From contig JALNXD010000016.1 in the NCBI GenBank assembly GCA_023230565.1, positions 973-64,972 of the forward strand: a DNA stretch of 64,000 nucleotides, given 5' to 3'. Shown piece by piece: positions 39,501 through 46,745 of this stretch. Under the pieces are notes generated by a model. That model made no database searches. It was not told the origin of the DNA and saw only the letters and a list, made by a program, of their open reading frames with translations. The number at the start of each line of letters is the position of its first letter. Position 1 is the stretch's first letter. Source of the DNA: Syntrophales bacterium. Its GTDB lineage: Bacteria > Desulfobacterota > Syntrophia > Syntrophales > UBA2210. The position numbers were made by a program, and so were the translations under genes.

Positions 39501-42500
39501 GATGGCGCCTTTGCATGGCCCTTCGAAATGGGCGATGTGGGGTGGTTTCTGGAGGTGACGACGCCCGGGTACGAACCGCTTCGAAAGCGGCTCGACCCCT
39601 CCATGGCCGTGTCCGATCCCGCCGATCCGAGGACCAATGCCTATCTTTTCGAAGGAGACAACGCCATCGCACTGACGCCGATCAAACAGCCGGTTATCGC
39701 CAAAGAAAGCCTTGCCATGAACCGCCGGGGCGCGTTTCTGCCGGGGGCGAAAAAGGCCGGCAATCAGACGGCGTTCACCGCCTTTGACGCCGAAGGTCCG
39801 CTGACCATGACCTGGAGCCTCGATGTGGGCCTGGAACAGAGGACATACAGCGTGACGCTGCCCGGCTTCGATAACGGCGACGGATCGGCGGGGACGAACC
39901 AGACCTTGACCCTTCAGGACGATATCCGGGAGGTCTGGCTCGTCGATATGAAGGCCTTTCCGAACAACCGTTACGACGATGCGCCTGTCGCCCTGAACCT
40001 GGCCGAAACAGCAGAACCGAGGGAGATTGCCGCGTTTCTGAACAACATCCGCGGCGGCGCCGAGGGCTACAAGAACGTTTATTACCAGCGCCTGACGAAT
40101 TTCACCGCCGCCGCCGATCAAAATACCGTGAAGGCCACCGGTCAGGTGAAGCTCTGGCAGCTTCCGCCGGACCTTTTCAAGCCCGCCTTCATCGTGGTCA
40201 CGAAGCTGGGGGCCGTCAACGTTTATAATTTTGAATACACCGGCACCTTCGAGGGAAAAGAACTCACCGGTGCGCGGCTTCCGCCATGGTTTGCCGGCAT
40301 GGCCGATATCATGGGATCGGTGGCCGGTTCTCAGGCCATGCTGGGAGAGGGGCTCCAGAATGCCCTGCCGAAGGGAAAGATCATCGCCCTGCCCACCTTC
40401 ACGGCCAATATCATTCTCCGGGCGACGAACGCCCTCGATTACGTCTACAGCATCGACACCCAGGTGAAGGAAGGCATGCAGAGCAAGATCGGCGGCATAT
40501 TGGGGCTGTCTCCCGGTTTCATGGGCCTCAGTCTCTACGGCGGCATCGAAGCCACCCTCAAGGGTGAAGATCGGGAATTCTATGTGCAGATGAAGGGCGG
40601 AATCGGGAAAAACACGGTCAATAAGAGCGAATACACTCCCGGTTTCCTGAAAAAATTCGGCGATGTCAAGGTGGGGTTGACGCCTCCGCCGGCGGGTGAA
40701 TTCTACCACATCGACAGCTACAAATTCGCCCCCGACAACAAGCCGGACGAGCTTGCCGTACTCTATGGAATGAGCGGCCAGGCGGGCGTCGAGGTTTCGG
40801 CGAGCATCTTTCCCGTGCTCAAGTACGTTCCCAAGATCGGCCCTGTGCTCCTCCTGCTCTACAAATCGGGCGCCATGGATGTCCGCGCCCTGACCAAGGG
40901 GCTCATCGGGGTGCGGTCCCTGAGCGGCTTCAAAACCGTCTTTCCCCGCCAGGAAGAGCATTATACGATCCAGGGCGCCGAGACGAAGCAGTGGCGGCGG
41001 CATTTCCTCGGGGGAAATGAAGTGGGAGACCCCGTCAATGCCAATGATCCGCAGAAAACAGAAAGCCTCGACATCGCCTTCGGCTTCGGCGTGGGCATGG
41101 ACGCCATGCTGGCCCGGGGAAGCGTGGGCGCCAAAGGGACGGTGGAACTTGCCGGAGACGACGCCTGGACAGGCGCGCCCGCCATGCTGATCGACGTGAA
41201 CCCCAACGGCGATTCTCCCATTTTCAGGCGCATCCGCGGCGATCTGCGGGCGGTCCTCAACGTCTATCTGAAAACATGGATCGCCCAGCTGCAGAAGAAA
41301 TGGCACTGGAAGGCCTGGCCCATCGATTACCAGTTCGGCACGGAATCGGTCATGTACCTCATCGAGATGGAGATCATAACCGCACGCCGGGATCTTGGAA
41401 CATTTGCCCCTGCCCAGTTTTTAGGTCAGGACCCGCTGGTCGTCGACGGATTCCCGCCGCTCGGCGTATTCGCCACCGACGGTACAAAGGGCGATATGCT
41501 TCTTTATACCGACACGACCGCCGAAGGAAATGCGGCGCTCAAAGCAAGCCTGCGGAGCGAATCCGGCGCCTGGGGAACGCCCGTCCAAATTGCCGTTGTG
41601 GAAGGAGCCGTCACCGATGTGGACGTACTCGCCCTTTCAGACGGGACATGGCTTGCCGCCTGGACTCAAATCGAAAGCGGACAGACAGACAACCCGTATC
41701 CGCCCTCACGCATCATGTATTCATTCGGGAATGCGGAGGGGACTCAATGGTCGGCGCCCGCCGAGGCGGCGGCGCTTCCCGATGTGGCGGCAAACCTCAA
41801 GCTGATTCCCCACGGAACGGCAGTTGCACTTATATACAGCCGGGCGGCCGACGGTGCAACCGGAGGATATCAGGGTATCTACGGCATGGTTTCGACAGGC
41901 GCCGCCTGGTCAGATCCGGTGGAGCTGGCATCGGCCGGGATCGCCCGTTTTGATGCCCTGGGAAGCGGTGATTTCGAGGTAAAGCCCAGTTTGATCACCT
42001 TTATAACCGATACCCGAGAACTTTATACAGTTTCATGGACCGAGACGCCCTCATCGCCTGCCATTTTGCAAGGACCGGTTGGGAACGCTCTTGCGATCGG
42101 CGGAGGGAACGATTTCGCCTATCTGGCCTGCAGCGGGCAGTACGGCGGGATAGGAATGTATGAATACGATAGGCAATCATCGGAATGGACAGACTTGGGG
42201 ATACTGTTTCCTGAAGCCGTCCCCCGCGAGCTTTCTCTCGCCCTCACCGAGGAAGGCGGCATCCAGATGGTCACTGTGGCCTGGACTCAGTCGGACGGAG
42301 GCTCAGCCGGTCTTTTTTATGGCGCGGTGGATGTACTGAATCATGAAGTCCTCTGTTCTTCAAAAGCGGTTGAAGTGGAAGGAGATTTTCGCACCCTTCT
42401 AATCTACAGGAGCGGTACCGGTGCTTTGCATGTGAGGAGCCTCTTCGAATCTCCCGACGGAGTCAATCAGATCCGTGATTATCCATTGACCGGTCTGATC

Positions 42501-42683
42501 GATTACGGCGATATAAACGCGGACGGGATTGTCGATCTCGCCGATTTCATCACCATCCTGAAAATTCTCGTGAATGACGGGCAGTTTTCAATTCCGGGGG
42601 TGGTAAAGGCCGATGCCAATCGTACAGGCAAAATCGACCTTGGAGATGCGATTCATGTCCTGAAAACGGTTGCGGCGCAATAG
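36528..42683 (+). CDS. Giant secreted protein (2,051 aa): CarboxypepD_reg-like Ig-fold repeats, BNR/sialidase-like C-region, terminal dockerin-like Ca-binding pair
   Basis: The signal peptide starts at MRTHLKRLSF. Several repeats look like G.I.D..T..PI..A.V.....Y.A.TD..G.Y...G..PG.Y. SxDGTW-like motifs include LSDGTWLAAW, GTQWSAP and WTQSDGG. The last 70 aa contain DINADGIVDLADF and DANRTGKIDLGDA. Confidence 0.8.
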   Translation: MRTHLKRLSFSYILSSLFLFILAGTALQIPVESIAAEAAELRGMITDQATKLPIDAVQVTVHTTERSYTARTDGFGMYAIEGIEPGSYTIEANHPGYHSASDTDFSVVAGGRYQWHKELTLKEPFFDIFVEVACVTTGMKLANVPVRITGTPSGSGTAVDRSGKTDSLGFIQFAGLPPGFYNFSINEGLESKPGWESYSEQISKELTSPHWADVLLKPDTSYIVASVYGFNPVTEEENVPLEGIIVECEGVHPEDPDIVLVPARIGVSGIRKENEPYWDNTMAGKVRFTGLPPVHWNVQGKRLGYNVKTALVTALPQENLRIDMTLQNTALTVVVDTPYHDPEMLDGLEVRLQGLKDSNTAGIDRVRAVIYEADNNRAVAIFDKILPGNYLATVNDTVERHVPILIEGNDINAETAYSYSTFSVTLAAADYLDAVADVNRETTLFCTPEPVTFTARLMLADELASHDFDFFRAAQPAYYPGANKILEIRASEYYAQHMPEEYRLIEVQTNEIGEFTLSLVPGMYGITAPGLADYWGDCFVGEDLDSGSYISMMWPYYQVWPHSLKSAQSFQKAQMMGRITSIGGVALSSGRRIAGTLYALKNRCAVEAVVEPPLVWKSPTEHQVVALDRSQAESEGSVMMPEVRYDTLYAEMADGGSITLSGPVTRTEALENRKGMARRVIEGLPAGAYTMALSHPRYAHLAAVYAAAYPYEFTFADFPAPGLVPEAPFPENYDYWKSVFPMGVLNLKGIMQATNYGTAKVEIYSWQQVDQDVYEYVYYSEAIPQFIRPDYAGGGIFYYRQDWRAGTPNTPYEMWLYVDNGYFDDSNEHWYHFTSSGGTLEARINIGGPAPTPGVDPLAVSHDILVETRDAVDGSAIDNIQVSWFDKGPWEEDRTQITTTGGAWVTDLTSPLEFYDIAAEHTNWRYNGYRLETVDITGGKLRFKMVVNMIRGIALRGAVKSAASGNPVEGAEIRLWNRYGRFCERGDPTGADGAFAWPFEMGDVGWFLEVTTPGYEPLRKRLDPSMAVSDPADPRTNAYLFEGDNAIALTPIKQPVIAKESLAMNRRGAFLPGAKKAGNQTAFTAFDAEGPLTMTWSLDVGLEQRTYSVTLPGFDNGDGSAGTNQTLTLQDDIREVWLVDMKAFPNNRYDDAPVALNLAETAEPREIAAFLNNIRGGAEGYKNVYYQRLTNFTAAADQNTVKATGQVKLWQLPPDLFKPAFIVVTKLGAVNVYNFEYTGTFEGKELTGARLPPWFAGMADIMGSVAGSQAMLGEGLQNALPKGKIIALPTFTANIILRATNALDYVYSIDTQVKEGMQSKIGGILGLSPGFMGLSLYGGIEATLKGEDREFYVQMKGGIGKNTVNKSEYTPGFLKKFGDVKVGLTPPPAGEFYHIDSYKFAPDNKPDELAVLYGMSGQAGVEVSASIFPVLKYVPKIGPVLLLLYKSGAMDVRALTKGLIGVRSLSGFKTVFPRQEEHYTIQGAETKQWRRHFLGGNEVGDPVNANDPQKTESLDIAFGFGVGMDAMLARGSVGAKGTVELAGDDAWTGAPAMLIDVNPNGDSPIFRRIRGDLRAVLNVYLKTWIAQLQKKWHWKAWPIDYQFGTESVMYLIEMEIITARRDLGTFAPAQFLGQDPLVVDGFPPLGVFATDGTKGDMLLYTDTTAEGNAALKASLRSESGAWGTPVQIAVVEGAVTDVDVLALSDGTWLAAWTQIESGQTDNPYPPSRIMYSFGNAEGTQWSAPAEAAALPDVAANLKLIPHGTAVALIYSRAADGATGGYQGIYGMVSTGAAWSDPVELASAGIARFDALGSGDFEVKPSLITFITDTRELYTVSWTETPSSPAILQGPVGNALAIGGGNDFAYLACSGQYGGIGMYEYDRQSSEWTDLGILFPEAVPRELSLALTEEGGIQMVTVAWTQSDGGSAGLFYGAVDVLNHEVLCSSKAVEVEGDFRTLLIYRSGTGALHVRSLFESPDGVNQIRDYPLTGLIDYGDINADGIVDLADFITILKILVNDGQFSIPGVVKADANRTGKIDLGDAIHVLKTVAAQ

Positions 42684-42689
42684 CAGCCA

Positions 42690-42836
42690 TAAGGCGGGCA
42701 GGCCGGAAAGATCAAGCGCTTCGATGCGGTTGAGGCGTTTGCAGACCTGCCCCCGGACCTTGCGGAAACCGGGCCAGCGGAATAGCAGTTTCGGCAGATA
42801 TTCCTTCAGAAAGGCCGTGCATTCGATATCTTTCAT
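42690..42836 (-). pseudogene. 5-prime remnant of a CheR-type SAM methyltransferase-like gene, cut at the end of the giant gene
   Basis: MKDIECTAFLKEYLPKLLFRWPGFRKVRGQVCKRLNRIEALDLSGL resembles, from memory, the N-termini of CheR-family proteins (W.GFRKVR.QV.KR). The reading frame then runs into the 3-prime end of the giant gene. Confidence 0.35.
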
Positions 42837-42899
42837 GATCGCTTCCGAATAGTGAAATTCCGGGTGATGGCCGCTATAGTAGGGGCAGCCTGTTCTCCT

Positions 42900-43577
42900 C
42901 TATTTCCGTCCCACCGGGATGAGATAGAGCGGCGCTTCCTCCCGTGAAAATCCCGCGACAGCCTTGACTTCCTCGTCACGAAAGGCGCCGATCACCACGG
43001 ACCCGAGTCCCAGCGACTGGGCCTGAAGAAGAACATTCTGCGCCGCATGGCCTGCCTCCATATGCACATAGCGAATGCCCCTTTCGCCGTATTTGACCGT
43101 TGTCCGGTCGTACACGGCGGCGAGCACGATTACCGCTGCGGCGTTTTTGACCGGCCGCTGACCCAGGGCGGCCTCGCCCAGCGGAATTCTCCTGTCGCCC
43201 GATTCGATCCGGACGAGTTCATGATTGCGGGGATTATAGGCATACACTCCGGCGGAAAGGCCGGTCACGTTTCCGATGACGGCATGCATTTCGAGCGGAT
43301 AGAGCGCCCCGGCCGAAGGCGCCGTCCGCCTTCCGGACCCGGAAATGCCCTGGGCCGCCCAGAGCAGCTGCGAAATGTCCGAAAGCGTGATCGGCTGCTT
43401 TTGATATTCCCGGACGGAACGGCGCCCCTGCAGGGCCTCTTCCACCGACATTTTTCCCGTCTGCGCCGGCTGGGGCAGCGTGATCGTCTCGGGCGCCGGA
43501 CCGGCCCCGAATCCGGAATCGGCGGCACACAAAAAAGCCAGAAGGGAAGAAAAAAGGAAGCAATGGGCGAATTTCAT
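42900..43577 (-). CDS. SagB/nitroreductase-family flavoprotein with N-terminal signal peptide
   Basis: RRSVREYQKQPITLSDISQLLWAAQGISG...APSAGALYP. The N-terminus MKFAHCFLFSSLLAFLCAADSG is hydrophobic. GGAGG lies before the ATG at 43577. Confidence 0.75.
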   Translation of the reverse strand: MKFAHCFLFSSLLAFLCAADSGFGAGPAPETITLPQPAQTGKMSVEEALQGRRSVREYQKQPITLSDISQLLWAAQGISGSGRRTAPSAGALYPLEMHAVIGNVTGLSAGVYAYNPRNHELVRIESGDRRIPLGEAALGQRPVKNAAAVIVLAAVYDRTTVKYGERGIRYVHMEAGHAAQNVLLQAQSLGLGSVVIGAFRDEEVKAVAGFSREEAPLYLIPVGRK

Positions 43578-43831
43578 ACAATCACCTCCGGTTGGTAAAG
43601 TTGCATTAAAAAAGAAAGAACTGCCACACAATTTTTCATCAATTGTTTGACTATATTACATCTAATTTGTAAAACTCAAAATTGAGTTTATGGCGTAACG
43701 AATTTATTTTTTGATTTTATCATTGCGTGAATAAAAAGCAGGGTCTATTTATAAAAATGAATAATTTAAATTATTTAACGCAATGTTCTTGCATGCTGGA
43801 GCGGTCAAGCAGATATAGGAGAGGTAAAGAA

Positions 43832-44128
43832 ATGAAAAAGAATGCAATTGAAAATGTGGTAAAGAAGATTGCCGAAATGAGGCGGGAGCTGAATGAACAG
43901 TTTACAGTAACGCGAATTGGTGTTTTCGGTTCTTACGCCAGGGGCGATGAAAATTCCGAAAGCGACATAGATATCATCGTCGAATTGGCCGAACCTACCT
44001 TCGATCATTACATGGACCTCAAATTCAAGCTAGAAGAGGTTTTTCAAAGGCCTGTGGATTTAGTAATGGCGGATACAGTAAAACCTCGCATCAAGCCGAT
44101 TATCGAAAAAGAGGTAGTCTATGCCTAG
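43832..44128 (+). CDS. mntA: MNT-type nucleotidyltransferase antitoxin (type VII TA)
   Basis: GVFGSYARGDENSESDIDIIVE. AGGAGAGG RBS upstream. The gene overlaps the hepT start by 8 nt. Confidence 0.85.
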   Translation: MKKNAIENVVKKIAEMRRELNEQFTVTRIGVFGSYARGDENSESDIDIIVELAEPTFDHYMDLKFKLEEVFQRPVDLVMADTVKPRIKPIIEKEVVYA

Positions 44129-44474
44129 AGACCCTCGCTTATATCTGGACGACATTCTTGAAGCAATCATCCAAATCCGGGAATACACAGCGTCTATAGA
44201 TTTTGAATCGTTCGTTCGGGATCGGAAGACCCAGGACGCCGTGGTTCGAAATCTTGAAATTATCGGGGAAGCGGCCGGAAGGTTGCCGGAGTTTTTGAAG
44301 TCCCGTGCGTTGCACATTGAATGGCATAAAATCGCGGGGCTGCGCAACATACTGATTCATGAATATTTCGGAATCAACCTTCCTATTGTTTGGGACATCG
44401 TACTCAATAAGCTGGATTCGCTTGAAATCGCCTGTCGGGAATTATTGGAAACTGATAATTATTCGAAGATGTGA
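44121..44474 (+). CDS. hepT: HepT-like (DUF86) RNase toxin
   Basis: Rx4HxY motif RNILIHEYFGI. Confidence 0.85.
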   Translation: MPRDPRLYLDDILEAIIQIREYTASIDFESFVRDRKTQDAVVRNLEIIGEAAGRLPEFLKSRALHIEWHKIAGLRNILIHEYFGINLPIVWDIVLNKLDSLEIACRELLETDNYSKM

Positions 44475-44475
44475 A

Positions 44476-44514
44476 TAAAAAACAGGGACCCAGAAAATAC
44501 ATCCTAAGTCCCTG
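44476..44514 (-). terminator. Hairpin plus T-run downstream (minus strand) of tRNA-Glu fragment 1
   Basis: Minus strand reads CAGGGAC-N18-GTCCCTG followed by TTTTTTATT. Confidence 0.45.
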
Positions 44515-44525
44515 CTATTATTATC

Positions 44526-44570
44526 TGGCGTCCCCACGGAGAGTCGAACCCCGGTCGCCGGCGTGAAAGG
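44526..44570 (-). repeat. Direct repeat 1: 3-prime 45 nt of tRNA-Glu(UUC), not an intact tRNA (att-like)
   Basis: The reverse complement is CCTTTCACGCCGGCGACCGGGGTTCGACTCTCCGTGGGGACGCCA. That covers the anticodon loop CUUUCAC, the T-arm and the acceptor 3-prime strand plus CCA. No D-arm or 5-prime acceptor strand lies upstream. Confidence 0.8.
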
Positions 44571-44736
44571 GCTTCCATGCCACCCTGATTTTATTGGCTA
44601 TTTCCTTGCAAAAGAGTCATCAGAGGCATCATAATACACCACGTTGTGTGTCCAAGAATGTGTCCAGAGTTAGATTTGCAACAAGGCGACATAACTAATA
44701 CATACTACAAAAATAAATGTTCAGAGAATGCCACCG

Positions 44737-44798
44737 AAATGCATTATATGAAATGCATTATATGCTTGACAAATAATAATGCATCACATATGATGCAT
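44737..44798 (+). promoter_or_regulatory. Sigma-70-type promoter with operator-like ATGCAT repeats; predicts a leaderless hipB-like mRNA
   Basis: TTGACA (44766-71), 17-nt spacer, TATGAT (44789-94); the ATG at 44801 lies 7 nt after the -10. Tandem AAATGCATTATATG x2 (44737-64). Imperfect palindrome ATGCATCACATATGATGCAT (44779-98). Confidence 0.55.
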
Positions 44799-44800
44799 TC

Positions 44801-45046
44801 ATGCTTTTGACGATAGGACAAAAAATTCGCCAGGTGCGGAAGAGCCGCAATATCTCGCAGGCGGAGTTGGCTCACGCAATGGGCATGAGCCGGACGACGA
44901 TCGGGCAGATCGAGAACGGTACCGTTCAGGAAATCGGTGTGCGCAAACTAATCCGGCTGCTCGAATTCCTGGAACTGGAACTACGCGTCCGGCCTGCAGG
45001 CAGTCCGCCAACCTTGGAAGAACTCCGTGAAGAGGAGGAATTTTGA
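44801..45046 (+). CDS. hipB: XRE-family HTH antitoxin (HipB-like)
   Basis: IRQVRKSRNISQAELAHAMGMSRTTIGQIENG. ATGA overlap with the hipA-like gene. Confidence 0.8.
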   Translation: MLLTIGQKIRQVRKSRNISQAELAHAMGMSRTTIGQIENGTVQEIGVRKLIRLLEFLELELRVRPAGSPPTLEELREEEEF

Positions 45047-46245
45047 TGCCGGGTGTTTCTTCACTGGCTGTGTGGGTCGCATCCAGGCGTTCCGGCCTTC
45101 TTGCCCGCCAGCCAGGCCGGAATTATGTATTCGCCTACGACTCGGGTGTCGACACCGATGCGCAGGTATCTCTGACCATGCCGGTGCGCCTGGAAAGCTG
45201 GATAAGCCGTGAGCTTCACCCTATTTTCCAAATGAACCTTCCCGAGGGTGCACTGCTGGAGGCGATACGACGGGCCATTGCCAAGGTGATCGGGGAAGAT
45301 GATCTTTCAATATTGCGGGTGACCGGCGGCAATCAGGTGGGCAGAAACCGGTTTGCGCTTCTTGGCGACGATTCCCCACAGATTTCAGAAACGCCCGAAT
45401 CCCTGGAAGAGCTGCTTGCCTATCCAGACACCACAGAACTGTTTCATGAACTGGTGGCTAGATATGCCCTGCGTTCAGGGGTATCAGGCGTTCAGCCAAA
45501 GGTCCTGCTCGATGCGTCGGATCGGGGCACTCTGACTTCGGCAGGCTATATCGTCAAATCCTGGGGCAGTGATTACCCGTGCCTGGCAGCCAACGAGTAT
45601 TTCTGCATGACCGCGGTAAAGCGCGCCGGACTGCCGACACCGGAAATTTTTCTTTCGGATAACGGGGGCCTTTTTATTATGCGCAGATTTGACATCACCC
45701 CTGACGGTGCAGGAATCGGCTTCGAGGATATGTGCAGTCTCCAGGCGCTCGGAACGGCACAGAAGTATTCCAGCAGCTACGAGCGCATCGCAAAAAGTAT
45801 CAGCAACTTTGTATCTGGAAACCGGCTGATGGCGGCCAGGGAGCAGTTCTTCTCCACACTGGTGTTATCGGTCATGCTGCGAAACGGCGATGCGCATCTG
45901 AAGAACTTCGGTGTCCTGTATAACGCCCCCCTGGAGATTGTTGAGTTCGCACCAGTGTACGATGTGGTAAATACGACGGCATATATCGCCAAAGATGTAC
46001 CGGCACTCACCCTTGCGGGGACAAAGAAGTGGTGGCCGCGTAAGATGCTGGAACAGTTTGCCGTTGCGCATCTCTCGCTGCCGAAAGGAGCAGTCGCCAC
46101 TACTTTCAGCCGGATGGCGGAAGCAGTCATAGAAACGCGAGATTTGATCCCTGGGTACATGGATGATCATCCAGAATTCCGTGTAATCGGTGAACGAATG
46201 ATGGCAGCGTGGGATGAAGGGGTAAAGGGACTTCTTGGCCGTTAA
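45043..46245 (+). CDS. hipA: HipA-family serine/threonine kinase toxin
   Basis: Catalytic-loop motif NGDAHLKNFGVLY, GVQPKVLL, and an N-terminal coupling domain. Confidence 0.85.
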   Translation: MMPGVSSLAVWVASRRSGLLARQPGRNYVFAYDSGVDTDAQVSLTMPVRLESWISRELHPIFQMNLPEGALLEAIRRAIAKVIGEDDLSILRVTGGNQVGRNRFALLGDDSPQISETPESLEELLAYPDTTELFHELVARYALRSGVSGVQPKVLLDASDRGTLTSAGYIVKSWGSDYPCLAANEYFCMTAVKRAGLPTPEIFLSDNGGLFIMRRFDITPDGAGIGFEDMCSLQALGTAQKYSSSYERIAKSISNFVSGNRLMAAREQFFSTLVLSVMLRNGDAHLKNFGVLYNAPLEIVEFAPVYDVVNTTAYIAKDVPALTLAGTKKWWPRKMLEQFAVAHLSLPKGAVATTFSRMAEAVIETRDLIPGYMDDHPEFRVIGERMMAAWDEGVKGLLGR

Positions 46246-46492
46246 CATGGCACACAGGTTATCAGCAATAGTTTGACTGTTGAAACCCTTCTTACTGGAG
46301 CTGCCCTTAAGTGATGTTAGCGGCGGGAAATACTTACTCTCATTAAGAGCGGAATGTCGGCATCCAGCTTACCGGCCTGTTACGCCGATGTCCTAAAGAA
46401 TTTTGCATTAATAATATCAAATTCTTATGATGTGTGAATTTCGAAAAATAACCGGAGAAAGGACTTATGGTGTGTCCACAAGTGTGTCCGCC

Positions 46493-46528
46493 AAAAATAA
46501 GAAAAGGCGGCCACATACGTAACCGCCT
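46493..46528 (-). terminator. Hairpin plus T-rich run downstream (minus strand) of tRNA-Glu fragment 2
   Basis: Minus strand reads AGGCGG-N12-CCGCCT followed by TTTTCTTATTTTT. Confidence 0.45.
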
Positions 46529-46536
46529 GAATTATT

Positions 46537-46585
46537 TGGCGTCCCCACGGGGAGTCGAACCCCGGTCGCCGGCGTGAAAGGCCGG
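46537..46585 (-). repeat. Direct repeat 2: 3-prime 49 nt of tRNA-Glu(UUC), not an intact tRNA (att-like)
   Basis: The reverse complement is CCGGCCTTTCACGCCGGCGACCGGGGTTCGACTCCCCGTGGGGACGCCA. That is the full anticodon stem-loop through CCA. The sequence beyond it is not a D-arm. Confidence 0.8.
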
Positions 46586-46745
46586 TAATGTACTTATACC
46601 CACCCTTACTTATGTATACTATTACTCTATTATTATTAATAAAAGAAGCATTATGATATATTCATAGATACTTATTTTTATGTTGATTTATATCTTCTTT
46701 GCGGGGTATAGTACGGGGTAAAATAAGCCTGAAGGAGCTCTTAAT

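Larger units (their letters stand above)
44571..46536. mobile_element. About 2-kb module bounded by the two tRNA-Glu fragment repeats (HipBA cargo, no recombinase of its own)
   Basis: The flanking 45-nt direct repeats differ at 1 position. A GTGTGTCCA-N4-TGTGTCC motif sits near both inner ends. Confidence 0.4.

Noticed and set aside
36582-41306. Very long minus-strand ORFs (843 aa and 683 aa), plus several 60-225-aa ORFs overlapping the giant gene
   Set aside because: They lie antisense to a gene with clear domain content and have Arg/Gly/Pro/His-rich, motif-free translations. This is the usual stop-codon depletion of GC-rich coding DNA, not real genes.
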